DNA of 64,000 nucleotides from Ignavibacteria bacterium (GCA_016178595.1 JACOSY010000053.1:114-64113); one strand, 5' to 3'; shown: positions 10,216-20,281, counted from the first letter of the stretch. Numbers and translations: made by a program. The notes: generated from the letters alone by a model not told the origin.

Positions 10216-11022
10216 TTAATACGTGTGTTGAGTGTTTGTCGAGGATGCTGAATCGTACAACGATTCAGCCATCCTGATCTTGAAAAGTAAATTTTCCTTG
10301 TGTATACCGCCCCGGATGATCTCGACGTTGGGAATACCGTTCTCTTCCTTCATGTTCGCAAGCTCGATGAGAATTTTTTCGAGATCGCTAATCAACTGTG
10401 CCGAGCGCTCATCGATCGGCTGCGTCTTCAAGTACCGTGCTTCATGAACGAGCTCGCGCGAAACCTTCCGCTCTGTTGAGAGATCGGCGTACTGATCGTC
10501 GCCGAGCTTCATGTTCGTGAGTCCTACAAACAGGATCTTCGATCGACGGAAATATTGACTCACCCTGGGATTTGCCGATACGGTAGTGACAAGCTGCTGG
10601 GTATTCTCCTCATTGTCGGCGGGCTGTTTGTCGTTGGTCGGAGCGTTCCATCGTAAGAGCACGACTACAAGCAGCGATGCCAGAGCAACACCGCCTATCG
10701 CTGCAACATATCGCCATCTCATGATGAAGAAGGAAACAGCCGTATTCCACACCAATGTTGCGGCCAGTGGCTGCCGTTCCTTCGCAGTGCTGATTCTCCG
10801 CTCGACATTGTGCGTGAATTGCTCCCAGAATTCCGGCGGCCGCTCTTCACTTGGTTTCTGTAACTTCCCGGTAAGCACGATGAATGCTCGAACTTCCCGT
10901 GCTTCTTCGGCACACATCCTGCATGTTGCAAGATGCTCATCCACTATGCGCCGCTCTTCGGGGGATACTTCATCCTGAAAGTAATCGTACAATATGTTCC
11001 GTACTTGTGTATGGTTGTTCAT
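10216..11022 (-). CDS. anti-sigma factor (zf-HC2, single TM)
   Basis: N-terminal HLATCRMCAEE zinc-finger anti-sigma motif; TM VAAIGGVALASLLVVVLL; start overlaps sigma gene stop (ATGA, 11019-11022). Confidence 0.7.
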   Translation of the reverse strand: MNNHTQVRNILYDYFQDEVSPEERRIVDEHLATCRMCAEEAREVRAFIVLTGKLQKPSEERPPEFWEQFTHNVERRISTAKERQPLAATLVWNTAVSFFIMRWRYVAAIGGVALASLLVVVLLRWNAPTNDKQPADNEENTQQLVTTVSANPRVSQYFRRSKILFVGLTNMKLGDDQYADLSTERKVSRELVHEARYLKTQPIDERSAQLISDLEKILIELANMKEENGIPNVEIIRGGIHKENLLFKIRMAESLYDSASSTNTQHTY

Positions 11023-11612
11023 ATGTTATCGGCTTTCAAAAAAACCAACCGCGAACGCATCTTCTTCAGTCCGCGATGCAAGTGAGTTTTCACCGTACCT
11101 TCCGAACATTGAAGGATTGCGCTCACTTGTCTCGTCGAGAGTCCATTGATGTGCCGAAGTATAACCGTCGCACGCTGCAATGTTGGCAGTTCATGGAGCA
11201 CACGCTCGACGTGGCTTTGCACATCCTGCCGATCCACCTCGTCGGAGTGCACACCGAATCGATCCGCACTATCATCGAGGATGCGAACTTCCCGACTTGC
11301 AGAGCGCTTATGTTTCCGGATGTGATTCATTGCAAGATTCGAGACAATTCTGTAGAGCCACGTGCTGAATTCCGCATCGCCGCGAAACGACCGGATGGAG
11401 CGGAAGACCCGCACGAACGATTCCTGCGCGATGTCTTGCGCATCGTCGTGATCGTTTACATAGCTGAATGCTACGTTGTACGCCTGCTTCATATACCGCT
11501 CGACCAGTATCCGGAACGCGCCGTGGCTCCCATCATGCTGAACCTGACCAATAAGCTGCTGCTCATCTGCAGCCGTCATCAATGGGAGTCCTTCTCTGTC
11601 GTTCGTTGTCAT
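11019..11612 (-). CDS. RNA polymerase ECF sigma-70 factor
   Basis: 197 aa with region 2 (DIAQESFVRVFRSIRSF...FSTWLYRIVSN) and region 4 HTH (VSAILQCSEGTVKTHL). Confidence 0.85.
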   Translation of the reverse strand: MTTNDREGLPLMTAADEQQLIGQVQHDGSHGAFRILVERYMKQAYNVAFSYVNDHDDAQDIAQESFVRVFRSIRSFRGDAEFSTWLYRIVSNLAMNHIRKHKRSASREVRILDDSADRFGVHSDEVDRQDVQSHVERVLHELPTLQRATVILRHINGLSTRQVSAILQCSEGTVKTHLHRGLKKMRSRLVFLKADNI

Positions 11613-11758
11613 TTAGACACGCGCAACTGCTTCGTGGTTGACATACATTTTTTGTGTGTACGAAGAACGCGCTTTTTCGTTATAGAAGTACCACGATCCG
11701 GTCGAATCAACCAATCAAAGTGGCATGAGGTGAGTTGCGGAACGGGGAAAGCAGCCTG

Positions 11759-14230
11759 CTAGAAACTCCAAAGATAGGAAAACTTCGCAAGGATAACATT
11801 ATCCATCGGAAGCCGGAAGGCATCGGAGACGTTTTCCGAGAATTGTTTCTCGAACATCTGGTTGTAGCCATAACGTTCCTGCGTCCACACTACATATAGT
11901 GTACTACCGGGCAAGTATTCCCAGCGCAAAACGACGTTTGCGTTGATGGTCTGCTCGTTGAAATCGGGGTTGGAGTAGGTCGGGGATTGCGCATAGTCGT
12001 ATTGAGACAGATCATCGGGTGTATCAAGTCGCTTGAAGCCCGTGTATTGCCCTTTGTCGAGGAATACTTGCGTAAAGAATTGCAGACTGACATTCCGACG
12101 GAACGTGATAATCCCTCGAAAGGACAAATCGTACTCGTCGATATCACGGTCGCCGAAGACATTGCGTCCATCAGCCGTATAGTGATGCAACGGCCACGCC
12201 TCTTCATTGCGTGTACGCCCAATGGTGAGATTTGGCGAGAACTCCATCCACGTATTTGGCCGGAGCGTCAATCCCAAAATAGAGTAGAGGAATTGAAGTC
12301 CCTTCGCTGAATTCTGATACCCTCCCGAGAGGGAAAGGATTACAGGATGGCGAATATCGGTTTGGAGCTTCGCCCGGAATTGATTGCCTTCCGGTCGACG
12401 GTAAAGCCCAACGATGCCGCGATTCTCATCGTCGTATGCCGTAAAGTCATGGATGAAATTTAGTTGAAGCGACCAGAAGTTTCGGAACTGAAAAATTGTT
12501 TCAAGCTCGGCTTGCTTCTGCGTGCCGGCTCCATCCCAATTCCACCGGGACGTTCCATCGATCGTCAAATTGAATCGACGGAAAGGCTCGGGTGCAAAAT
12601 CTTCTTTGTACGTCACCTGCAGATACCCGCCGTGCTCACGGGGAAGATTATAGAAACCGAGATCGCTGATCGAGAAATCTCGCGTCGCAAAATCGTAGAT
12701 CGCTCCGACAATCCAATGCGCGTCTTCGATTTTACCGAGCGCGAGTTTTCCAGCGGATCCCGCGACACGCGAGTCCGACCATCGCCGCGGCGGCGCGTTC
12801 GATCCGGCAAGATAGCCGTCAAGAGCATACGTTCCGTCGAACAAGCGCAGGTTCCAGTCGACTCCCCCCGACTGCGCAGGCAGGATGCTTTCCTCGTTGA
12901 ACTCTCCCGTCGCCATCAGGCCGACGTAAGAGTTTTCACCGAAGTCTTGCCTGATTCGAGCAACGGTATAGTTTGCGCTTGGTTCGAAGAGAACGGCCGG
13001 GTTTCGGTGGCCGGTGAGATCTTCTTCAATTCCTTCTTCGCGATCCGTCAACGCAGAGATGAAACCGAGTGAAAAACCGCCGTCGGTTTTCCCTGTAAAT
13101 TTGGCGGCGCCAAGAATCGTGGTCACGAGAGGGTTCTGCACAAGATTGTATCCGGAGTCGGGCAATCCTGCGAGTGAAGCGAGCGTCGGTCGCCTGCCGA
13201 TACGACGCGAGTAAAAAAGATAGAGCGGACGATTGTCGAATGCGTTGCCGAACGAAAAGATCGGTGCTCCTTCGAGAAAGAGTGGCCGCTTCTCGGGGTA
13301 GAACGTTTCAAAGACGGTAAGATTGAGAACGGCTTGATCGACCTCCACTTGTCCGAAGTCCGGGTTCAGCGCAACGTCCAACGTGAAATTGTTCGTGATG
13401 CCATACTTCAGATCCAGTCCGAGTGAACTCTTGTATTCTTCCCTGAGATCGAAAGGCGTTGGCTGTGCAAAGTAATTAGCTTTCTGCACCGCGTATGGCA
13501 GCACGTCGAGGTGCAAGGGAGGATGGATATTGCGGATGCCGGATACGTGACCCATCTTGGAGACAGATGAGATGACGCCGGCCGGAGTTTCTTTCCGCGG
13601 CACCATGACCCACTCATCGGTCTCCTGCTTGCGAGCGATGTAGCGTCGGAAGTTTATTCCCCACACATATTCACTGTCTTGCGGCGAGAACCGCAGGGCA
13701 CTGAAGGGAATCCGGAACTCACCCGACCAACCTTCATTGGTGACCTTCGCGTCAAAGTCCCAGACAGCATCCCACTGTACGTCATAGACGCGTCCATCTT
13801 CCGACAGAATGCCATCGGCCTGGATGCCGGAGACCGTTCCACTAAAAAGAAAAGCAGTGCTGTGGTCATGATACGAATCGATGATGACAGAGAAACGATC
13901 TGACTGCCCCGTACGATCACGTCGCGTCAATTGCTGAACGATGTTGCCCGGCTCAGAATCGTAACACAGCACTCCCACATACAGGGCATTGTCGTCGTAG
14001 AGAACATGAACGACCGTGCGTTCAGTCGAAGGCGATCCCTCCTCTGGATCAAATTGCTGAAACCCCGTCACCGGTACAGTCAACTGCCATTCTCGTTCGC
14101 CCAGATTGCCGTCGATTCGAGGAGCGGACGTAATTCGAGTTGCGACAATGCTCTTGGTGGATGTTCCTCCCAGAAGTGTAGTGACAACGAGAAAACAGAC
14201 AATCCCGATGAGGCGTATGTATTTGAACAC
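11759..14230 (-). CDS. DUF5916 / CBM9-like domain outer-membrane protein (paralog B)
   Basis: 823 aa; same domain order as 3528..5948 (PRIDGNLGEREW...YDDNALYVG...DSYHDH...), ends ...YLWSF; roughly 40-45% identity to paralog A by eye. Confidence 0.7.
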   Translation of the reverse strand: MFKYIRLIGIVCFLVVTTLLGGTSTKSIVATRITSAPRIDGNLGEREWQLTVPVTGFQQFDPEEGSPSTERTVVHVLYDDNALYVGVLCYDSEPGNIVQQLTRRDRTGQSDRFSVIIDSYHDHSTAFLFSGTVSGIQADGILSEDGRVYDVQWDAVWDFDAKVTNEGWSGEFRIPFSALRFSPQDSEYVWGINFRRYIARKQETDEWVMVPRKETPAGVISSVSKMGHVSGIRNIHPPLHLDVLPYAVQKANYFAQPTPFDLREEYKSSLGLDLKYGITNNFTLDVALNPDFGQVEVDQAVLNLTVFETFYPEKRPLFLEGAPIFSFGNAFDNRPLYLFYSRRIGRRPTLASLAGLPDSGYNLVQNPLVTTILGAAKFTGKTDGGFSLGFISALTDREEGIEEDLTGHRNPAVLFEPSANYTVARIRQDFGENSYVGLMATGEFNEESILPAQSGGVDWNLRLFDGTYALDGYLAGSNAPPRRWSDSRVAGSAGKLALGKIEDAHWIVGAIYDFATRDFSISDLGFYNLPREHGGYLQVTYKEDFAPEPFRRFNLTIDGTSRWNWDGAGTQKQAELETIFQFRNFWSLQLNFIHDFTAYDDENRGIVGLYRRPEGNQFRAKLQTDIRHPVILSLSGGYQNSAKGLQFLYSILGLTLRPNTWMEFSPNLTIGRTRNEEAWPLHHYTADGRNVFGDRDIDEYDLSFRGIITFRRNVSLQFFTQVFLDKGQYTGFKRLDTPDDLSQYDYAQSPTYSNPDFNEQTINANVVLRWEYLPGSTLYVVWTQERYGYNQMFEKQFSENVSDAFRLPMDNVILAKFSYLWSF

Positions 14231-14354
14231 TATCCTTCCCCTGTAAGCTACCTTGGGAACATAGCAGAATGCCGGATAAAAGTCAAGGCTTTTTCATCCG
14301 AGCAATCAGTCAGCATTGCATTTCTCCTCATTTTTCAAGACATTGGCATCCGAG

Positions 14355-15077
14355 ATGAGCGAACATCCCTCCGTCAATGCCTCGCCGCACGATCCGCAGT
14401 CTATCCAGCGGATGTTTAATGCGATTGCACCCACCTATGATATGCTGAACCACCTTCTCAGCTTTGGCCTCGACATCCGGTGGCGTAAGCGAGCAATTCG
14501 ATCGCTGGAAGAAAAGCGGGGCGGAGCTATTCTGGATATTGCAGCCGGTAGCGGCGACCTCTCGTTGGAGGCATTGAAACTTTCTCCATCGTATCTGGTC
14601 GCCACGGATTTTGCCGAGACGATGCTTCAGGTCTTCCAGAAAAAACTTCGCGGGCAACGCCATTCTCAGATCGTAAATCTCGTGGCATGCGACGCCCTTT
14701 CGCTCCCGTTCGCGGATGAGTCGTTCGATGCAACGATGGTCGCCTTCGGCATCCGCAACTTCGCCGATCGAATCAAATCGCTGCGCGAGATGAGGCGCGT
14801 GCTCAAGCCTCGAGGCCTTTCGCTTATCCTCGAGCTCTCTGCACCAAAAGCCCCATTCGTTTCACAACTCTACAAAGTCTACTCCAGGGTGATGCTGCCA
14901 CTCCTTGGGAAAATTATCTCGAAGCACAACAATGCGTATGCGTACCTGCCCGACTCCATTGCGAAATTTCCGGATCAGCATGAATTTCGTCGGCTTATGG
15001 AAGAGGCTGGCTTCGCGGAGATTCATATCATGCCGCTCACCTTCGGCGCTGCAACAATTTATCTCGGTCGGAAGTAG
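14355..15077 (+). CDS. ubiE: demethylmenaquinone/ubiquinone biosynthesis C-methyltransferase UbiE/MenG
   Basis: SAM-MTase motifs ILDIAAGSGD, LSLPFADESFD, MRRVLKPRG; I take the start at ATG 14355 (MSEHP), inside the longer 14316 ORF. Confidence 0.8.
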   Translation: MSEHPSVNASPHDPQSIQRMFNAIAPTYDMLNHLLSFGLDIRWRKRAIRSLEEKRGGAILDIAAGSGDLSLEALKLSPSYLVATDFAETMLQVFQKKLRGQRHSQIVNLVACDALSLPFADESFDATMVAFGIRNFADRIKSLREMRRVLKPRGLSLILELSAPKAPFVSQLYKVYSRVMLPLLGKIISKHNNAYAYLPDSIAKFPDQHEFRRLMEEAGFAEIHIMPLTFGAATIYLGRK

Positions 15078-15088
15078 TTTTTTTGATA

Positions 15089-16507
15089 CTACCGCGTCAG
15101 TAATGCGACGGACTCGATGTGATCGGTGTGCGGAAACATGTCGACCGGCTGGATTATCTGCAAACGATATCCACCTTTTGATAGAAGTTTCGCGTCGCGT
15201 GCTTGCGTCGACGGATTGCAACTGACGTACACGATTCGCCCGGGAGAAAGTGCAATAATCCGCTCGACGACTTTCTCATGCATGCCGTTTCGCGGCGGAT
15301 CGGCGACGACGACCGTAGGCTTCGGGTGTTCATGCAGCCAGTCGATGTCTTTCGTCAACCGGTCTTTCAGGTCGCCCTGCAAGAAGTAGCAGTTCGAGAT
15401 GCGGTTCAATTCTGCATTTCGCTCTGCGTCCCGGATCGAACTCTCCACAACTTCAATTCCAATCACCCGTTCTACGGCATCCGACAAGAAAATGGCAATC
15501 GTACCCGTACCACTGTACAGATCATAGACGACATCCTTTGGCGTGAGCTGTGCAAATTGTTTGGCAATATTATAGAGACGTTCCGCTTGAAGCGTGTTTG
15601 TTTGAAAAAAGGAGTTTGCGGAAATATGAAATGTGCGGTTGCCAAGCTGCTCGCGGATATATCCCGGCCCATGATAGACTTTCTCCTGCTCTCCGAATGC
15701 GACCATCGCCTTTCGCGTCGTGATATTGTTGACGATTGTGGTGATCTCCGGGTAGTGCTTGAGAAGAAGCTTCGTCAGATTTTGCATCGCCTCGGGCCAG
15801 TCGTTCGTGGTAACAAGGTTCACCATTACTTCACCCGTTCGCTTCCCTTCGCGGATGATGAGATGGCGGAGATAGCCTTCGTGCGTCTCCGTTGAGTAAA
15901 CGGAAAGATTCCATCCTCTGGCAATTTCACGGACGGCATTCACGATGGCGGCACTCAACTCCGATTGCAGCCAACACTCTTCGACGTTGACAAGCTTGTC
16001 CCATCGCTGTGGAACGTGCAGGCCAAGGGCGACTTCCTGCTTGATCTCATCCTTCCGAAGCATTTCTTCTTCGGTGAGCCAGCGGGAGTTTGAAAAAGTA
16101 AACTCCATCTTGTTCCGATAGAAGTACGGATCGTCAGCGCCGATCACCGGCTGAACATCCGGATTCTCGAATCCACCGATCCGCACAAACGCATCGACGA
16201 CGTGCTGGCGCTTAAAGCGAAGCTGTGCATCGTAAGAGAGATTCTGCCATTTGCACCCACCACAAATGCCGAAGTGTTTGCATCGCGGCTCAGTGCGCAA
16301 CAAAGACGGCGTTAATACCTCAAGTGCCCTCGCTTCCCCAAAGTTTTTCTTTAATTTGAAGACGCGGGCACGCACGGTATCTCCGGGCACAGCGCCTTCG
16401 ACGAAGAAGACCATCCCATCCTGCCGGGCAACGGTCTTCCCATCGCCGGAGAGGGATTCGATGTTTAAGACTACTTCGTCGCCTTTATTCGGTTCTTCCA
16501 TCATCAA
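15089..16507 (-). CDS. rlmD: 23S rRNA (uracil-C5)-methyltransferase RlmD/RumA family (TRAM domain + Fe-S cysteines + SAM MTase)
   Basis: N-terminal TRAM (GDGKTVARQDGMVFFVEGAVPGDTV), Cys cluster CKHFGICGGCKWQ, MTase motifs VYDLYSGTGTIAIFL, DPPRNG. Confidence 0.8.
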   Translation of the reverse strand: MMMEEPNKGDEVVLNIESLSGDGKTVARQDGMVFFVEGAVPGDTVRARVFKLKKNFGEARALEVLTPSLLRTEPRCKHFGICGGCKWQNLSYDAQLRFKRQHVVDAFVRIGGFENPDVQPVIGADDPYFYRNKMEFTFSNSRWLTEEEMLRKDEIKQEVALGLHVPQRWDKLVNVEECWLQSELSAAIVNAVREIARGWNLSVYSTETHEGYLRHLIIREGKRTGEVMVNLVTTNDWPEAMQNLTKLLLKHYPEITTIVNNITTRKAMVAFGEQEKVYHGPGYIREQLGNRTFHISANSFFQTNTLQAERLYNIAKQFAQLTPKDVVYDLYSGTGTIAIFLSDAVERVIGIEVVESSIRDAERNAELNRISNCYFLQGDLKDRLTKDIDWLHEHPKPTVVVADPPRNGMHEKVVERIIALSPGRIVYVSCNPSTQARDAKLLSKGGYRLQIIQPVDMFPHTDHIESVALLTR

Positions 16508-16593
16508 ATGTACTCGCTACGTTATAGAAAACAAAAGGCAGAGCCGTTCAACAAGCCCTGCCGTGCCAAAGAATATGCCTCCATATCAGAAGA

Positions 16594-18930
16594 TCATCGT
16601 GGCAAGTGCAAGGATGGTATATTCCCTTCTGTTGACTGCAGAATAATCTTCCCCACCTGCGATACCTTCACCCAGTATCCCTGCATCGGCTTGAGTGTAT
16701 CAACACTCGCATAGGTTGTTTGGTAGCTGAAGAACGGCGAAGCGATGATGTCGGGAGGCAGCGACGAAATGGAACTCGTTGCCACCGGCGAGGCAAGCGA
16801 GCCGACGAGGTTCCATCCCTCCACAACATCGAGCGTATCGTTTAAGCGCGGAATACCGGTCACCGAAACAGTTTGTGGAGCATTGAATCGTAACCAGTAT
16901 CCCGACCGTACAACGAGCGTCTCCCGTGGTACGTAGGTGGAGCCATCATACATGTACGCGCTTGTCGTCGATGTTGGGAACAAAACCGATCTGCTGCCGT
17001 TACTTGACGTAACCGGAAGTGAAATGAGATTCCATCCATTGAGTATATCTGCACTCACTGTTTCTTCGAGCGTTCGGCGGAACGAGCGGGCGGGCGAGAA
17101 ATCTCCCCATCCTACCGTATTCTTTGTCCGGACACGCCAGAAGTATGCGACACCGGTATCGAGTCCATTGACAGCGAACACCGTGTCCGTCAATGACGAG
17201 TCGGAAATAACGAATGAATCGAACAGATTCGAAGTCGAAAGCTCCAGATGATACATCGATGCATCGGCGATCTTTCTCCACACAAGCGGGACGGGATCCT
17301 GATGCACTGTCGCACCATTCGCAGGTGAAACGAGAGCCGCCGGCGGAGGAACATTCCACGTCGTGAAGCTTCGCGTTTCGCTGAACGCCCCCCATCCGGC
17401 GGGGTTCTTCGCACGGACTCTCCAGTAAACCTTCTCGCCCGTCGATAGCCCATCAACTGCTTTCAGAGTATCGGTGAGTGTCGTATCTCGATAGATGAAG
17501 GTATTAAAACTATCGGATGATGACACATCGAGCTCAAAGATATAACCGCCCGGTGGATTGAGGGGGGATTCTTCGGCCGCAACGGGTCGTGCCGCTTCCG
17601 TGGGTGTGAGTGGATATCGATACCAGCGAAGCAGAGACGGGAGAGAAATACCCGTCGCACCGTTGGCAGGCTCGATGAGAGTAACGGACGGCGGGACATC
17701 CCACGTGGTGAACGATCGGGCAACACTGTACGGTCCCCATCCTGCAGCATTCTTCGCACGAACGCGCCAAAAATATTGCGTGAAGAGCGCAAGCGACGGA
17801 AATGTTTTTACCGTGTCGATAACGGCAGTGTCACAAAATGCGATCGGTGAGAAGGTGTTCGACATCGAAACGTCGATCTGATAGCTGCTTGCACCGGAAT
17901 CGGAATGCCATTGGAATGTTGTTGGAATGGGGACGTGCGTTGCCGTATCCGCCGGTTGATCGAGAAGAACTTGAGGGGGCGGCGGAACGACAGCCGCGTG
18001 TGTCATCAGCCAGACACTCAAATTGAGGAAGAAAATATTATCCGTTGCGGCATCGCCCGTCCAGCCGTTGAACAGACTATTCCCCGACTGACCCGTGCTG
18101 TCATCGGCGGGCGAGCTGTCGCCCACGGCGCCAACTTTTCCCTGCCCGTAGCTCGCCGTCGCCAGCATGATCTGCGATGAGCCGTGCAGTGCACCGGTCA
18201 TCCACACATGTCCCGCGGTGGTCGCGTTGTTTCCGGTGAATCGCACGGTTGTTCCGTTGTGATAACTTAAGATCGACGCGGTTCCCGCCGGACCGGTGAT
18301 GATGGAATCCGTTCCGGCAGCGACATTGGTGGAATTCTGCGTAATGTTGTTGTTCGTCTCGCTTGTCGACTGGAAGTGCATACCGAACGCGGTGTCGATG
18401 CCGAGATCATTCCACACTTTGGGCGAATCCCAGCCGTCGCTATTCCGATCAGATCCATCGTGATCGGCAACCATCAACAATCCTCCTCCATTCCGGACAA
18501 AGTTGAAGATCGCTTGTTTCTCCGATGCGCTGAAAGGGCCCTGCGGCTCACACACGATGTAGAGATCGTAGTTGGATAGATCGTACGCATTACCCGCGTT
18601 GCCATAGGAGATACCATTCGCGCTCGTAAGCGTGTGAACAGTGCAGCCAAGCTTTACGAGATCGACACCCCATGCCGAAATCGCTCCGGTCCAGAACGTC
18701 TCCGGCGTTGAAGGAACGATACCGGACTGCGCAGGAAATGGAATCGGTTGATCGGTGTCGATGATCCAATCGGCGTTGCCGGCAGTCTCTACCTTCGTGT
18801 TATCGAAGAGAACTTTTTTGGACTGAGAAAATGTTGTCGCAGTGAAACACGCGAGCAGGAGAAGGAACAGGTATATGTGTTTCATTGGATTTCCGATGAA
18901 AAATCGGCGAGCAAACTTACGAGTACTCAC
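16594..18930 (-). CDS. secreted multi-domain protein: unknown N-terminal domain + 3-4 fibronectin type III repeats
   Basis: Signal peptide at internal Met (MKHIYLFLLLLACFTATTFSQ, about 45 nt inside the ORF); Fn3 signature repeats (YFWRVRAKNAAGWGPYS, VYWRVRAKNPAGWGAFS, YFWRVRTKNTVGWGDFS). Confidence 0.55.
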   Translation of the reverse strand: MSTRKFARRFFIGNPMKHIYLFLLLLACFTATTFSQSKKVLFDNTKVETAGNADWIIDTDQPIPFPAQSGIVPSTPETFWTGAISAWGVDLVKLGCTVHTLTSANGISYGNAGNAYDLSNYDLYIVCEPQGPFSASEKQAIFNFVRNGGGLLMVADHDGSDRNSDGWDSPKVWNDLGIDTAFGMHFQSTSETNNNITQNSTNVAAGTDSIITGPAGTASILSYHNGTTVRFTGNNATTAGHVWMTGALHGSSQIMLATASYGQGKVGAVGDSSPADDSTGQSGNSLFNGWTGDAATDNIFFLNLSVWLMTHAAVVPPPPQVLLDQPADTATHVPIPTTFQWHSDSGASSYQIDVSMSNTFSPIAFCDTAVIDTVKTFPSLALFTQYFWRVRAKNAAGWGPYSVARSFTTWDVPPSVTLIEPANGATGISLPSLLRWYRYPLTPTEAARPVAAEESPLNPPGGYIFELDVSSSDSFNTFIYRDTTLTDTLKAVDGLSTGEKVYWRVRAKNPAGWGAFSETRSFTTWNVPPPAALVSPANGATVHQDPVPLVWRKIADASMYHLELSTSNLFDSFVISDSSLTDTVFAVNGLDTGVAYFWRVRTKNTVGWGDFSPARSFRRTLEETVSADILNGWNLISLPVTSSNGSRSVLFPTSTTSAYMYDGSTYVPRETLVVRSGYWLRFNAPQTVSVTGIPRLNDTLDVVEGWNLVGSLASPVATSSISSLPPDIIASPFFSYQTTYASVDTLKPMQGYWVKVSQVGKIILQSTEGNIPSLHLPR

Positions 18931-19043
18931 AGAGGCGCGTTGTTCTAACGGTGCTTGGATGAAATAATATACGGAAGATTTGGGAATTCTCCCAACTCAA
19001 AAAGCTCGAGAAAAGAAAGCGGCCTAAGATGCTATAGACAAAA

Positions 19044-19442
19044 TTAATAAATTTTTTGAAGGTCACCCTTTTTAGGGATTAGATAACCACTACCCTGTAT
19101 GCTATTTCTGTTAGCCAATACTATGTCTGGCCATCGACGTATCAAATCCGATGCCTGTATGTATATACTGCAATTCGCCCATCCATCTCGAAAGAAAAAA
19201 GCCGTTAATCCTGATTCTCGCCAAGCAGCCTTTTCTGCTTTACCACGAGAAATACGGGGATCGCCAGAAATAATAACCCATTGTCCTTCCTTGCCTAATA
19301 CCGTGATCCACTCGGAGTCTGAAGTGTTAGGATCAGAGAATTTCTCCTTGAAGGGAACGACCAGAACATCTTGAAACTCTACGACTATTTTGAGAGCGTA
19401 TACGGCTTTCGGAGAAATACAGGTGTCGAAAAAAAACTTCAA
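19044..19442 (-). CDS. DUF5615 family PIN-like putative toxin
   Basis: 132 aa starting MKFFFDTCISPKAV.. (the DUF5615/Mut7-C-like N-terminal pattern M-(K/R)-(L/F)-L-(L/F)-D-E-N-hydrophobic-S/T-P, as I recall it); start overlaps stop of upstream DUF433 gene (19439-19442); low-GC context. Confidence 0.55.
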   Translation of the reverse strand: MKFFFDTCISPKAVYALKIVVEFQDVLVVPFKEKFSDPNTSDSEWITVLGKEGQWVIISGDPRISRGKAEKAAWRESGLTAFFFRDGWANCSIYIQASDLIRRWPDIVLANRNSIQGSGYLIPKKGDLQKIY

Positions 19443-20281
19443 TGAATTAATTTGCCCTCGTATTCAACAGCATCGCGTACCGATTGTGTGTCTATTTCAA
19501 ACCAATTTGCAATAAGATCGTGGAACGGTGAGGCTTTATACGATTGGTAAATGATTCGAGTGGGAATGGCTGCGTTTGCAATGATGGGTGCTCCAAAACT
19601 TCTTGTCGGGTCAATGACTATTGTGTTCTTTTTCTCCAATGGATACCATCTTGCGGGCTCTTGGTATTCGTTGAATTCCAGACCACCGTAAAGATACGGC
19701 GCTATTACTCTACTGAAGGCATATTGATTCTTTACCAAGTCAAGTAAAACCTTGTCTCCTGTTTCTTCAACGAAATCAGCTAAAATAGTTCTTCCGTCTG
19801 TCTTGAATTTTTTCGTTGAGAAGGGATGAGTCCGTTGAAGAAGTTCTTTGGCTCTTTGGGCAGCGATGCGGATAGCCTTCCAACCAACCCCATGCTCTCG
19901 AAATGCGTTCAAGAATCTTACCTCCACTAAATCGAGGAAATCTAATATCAATTGGCCATCTGCCACCTTTTGTTCCATAGCGATAACAGGTGGTGAATTC
20001 CGCTTTTGACCCCTGTAATCAAATGTATAGCCTTTTGTCCAACGCGCAATACTACGCCAAGGAATGCCTGTTAAACGATGAGCATCGGCAAGAGTGTATA
20101 CACCTCTCCCGATAAATTGAAAATTTTCGGTTACCACGTGACGACGGTTTTTAGTTGATCTCCCATTACCCGTCAGTATACATTTATTTCCGGAAACATT
20201 CAAACTGAGCCAGCACCAAAGCTCGACCCTGCTCGCTGCCGATTGAGCAGGGTCGAGGTAGCACAATTCGCGCTGACGCAC
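19439..20281 (-). CDS. DUF433 domain protein (putative antitoxin partner) with N-terminal HTH-like extension; start uncertain
   Basis: C-terminus GAPIIANAAIPTRIIYQSYKASPFHDLIANWFEIDTQSVRDAVEYE matches the DUF433 pattern; the N-terminal ~30 codons overlap a terminator hairpin, so the real start is probably an internal TTG/GTG/ATG. Confidence 0.5.
   Translation of the reverse strand: MRQRELCYLDPAQSAASRVELWCWLSLNVSGNKCILTGNGRSTKNRRHVVTENFQFIGRGVYTLADAHRLTGIPWRSIARWTKGYTFDYRGQKRNSPPVIAMEQKVADGQLILDFLDLVEVRFLNAFREHGVGWKAIRIAAQRAKELLQRTHPFSTKKFKTDGRTILADFVEETGDKVLLDLVKNQYAFSRVIAPYLYGGLEFNEYQEPARWYPLEKKNTIVIDPTRSFGAPIIANAAIPTRIIYQSYKASPFHDLIANWFEIDTQSVRDAVEYEGKLIH
20222..20258 (-). terminator. stem-loop downstream of T9SS DUF1028 gene (13-bp stem ctcgaccctgctc/gagcagggtcgag)
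   Basis: Perfect 13-bp inverted repeat with 10-nt loop directly 3' of the stop at 20293 on the minus strand; trailing U-tract is weak. Confidence 0.45.

Noticed and set aside
16594..18930. Apparent 1-nt discrepancy between my hand count of the printed sequence near 18895-18905 and the ORF-track frame for the Fn3 gene
   Set aside because: The ORF-track length (2337 nt, 778 aa) is self-consistent; I attribute the mismatch to my manual reading and keep the ORF-track coordinates.
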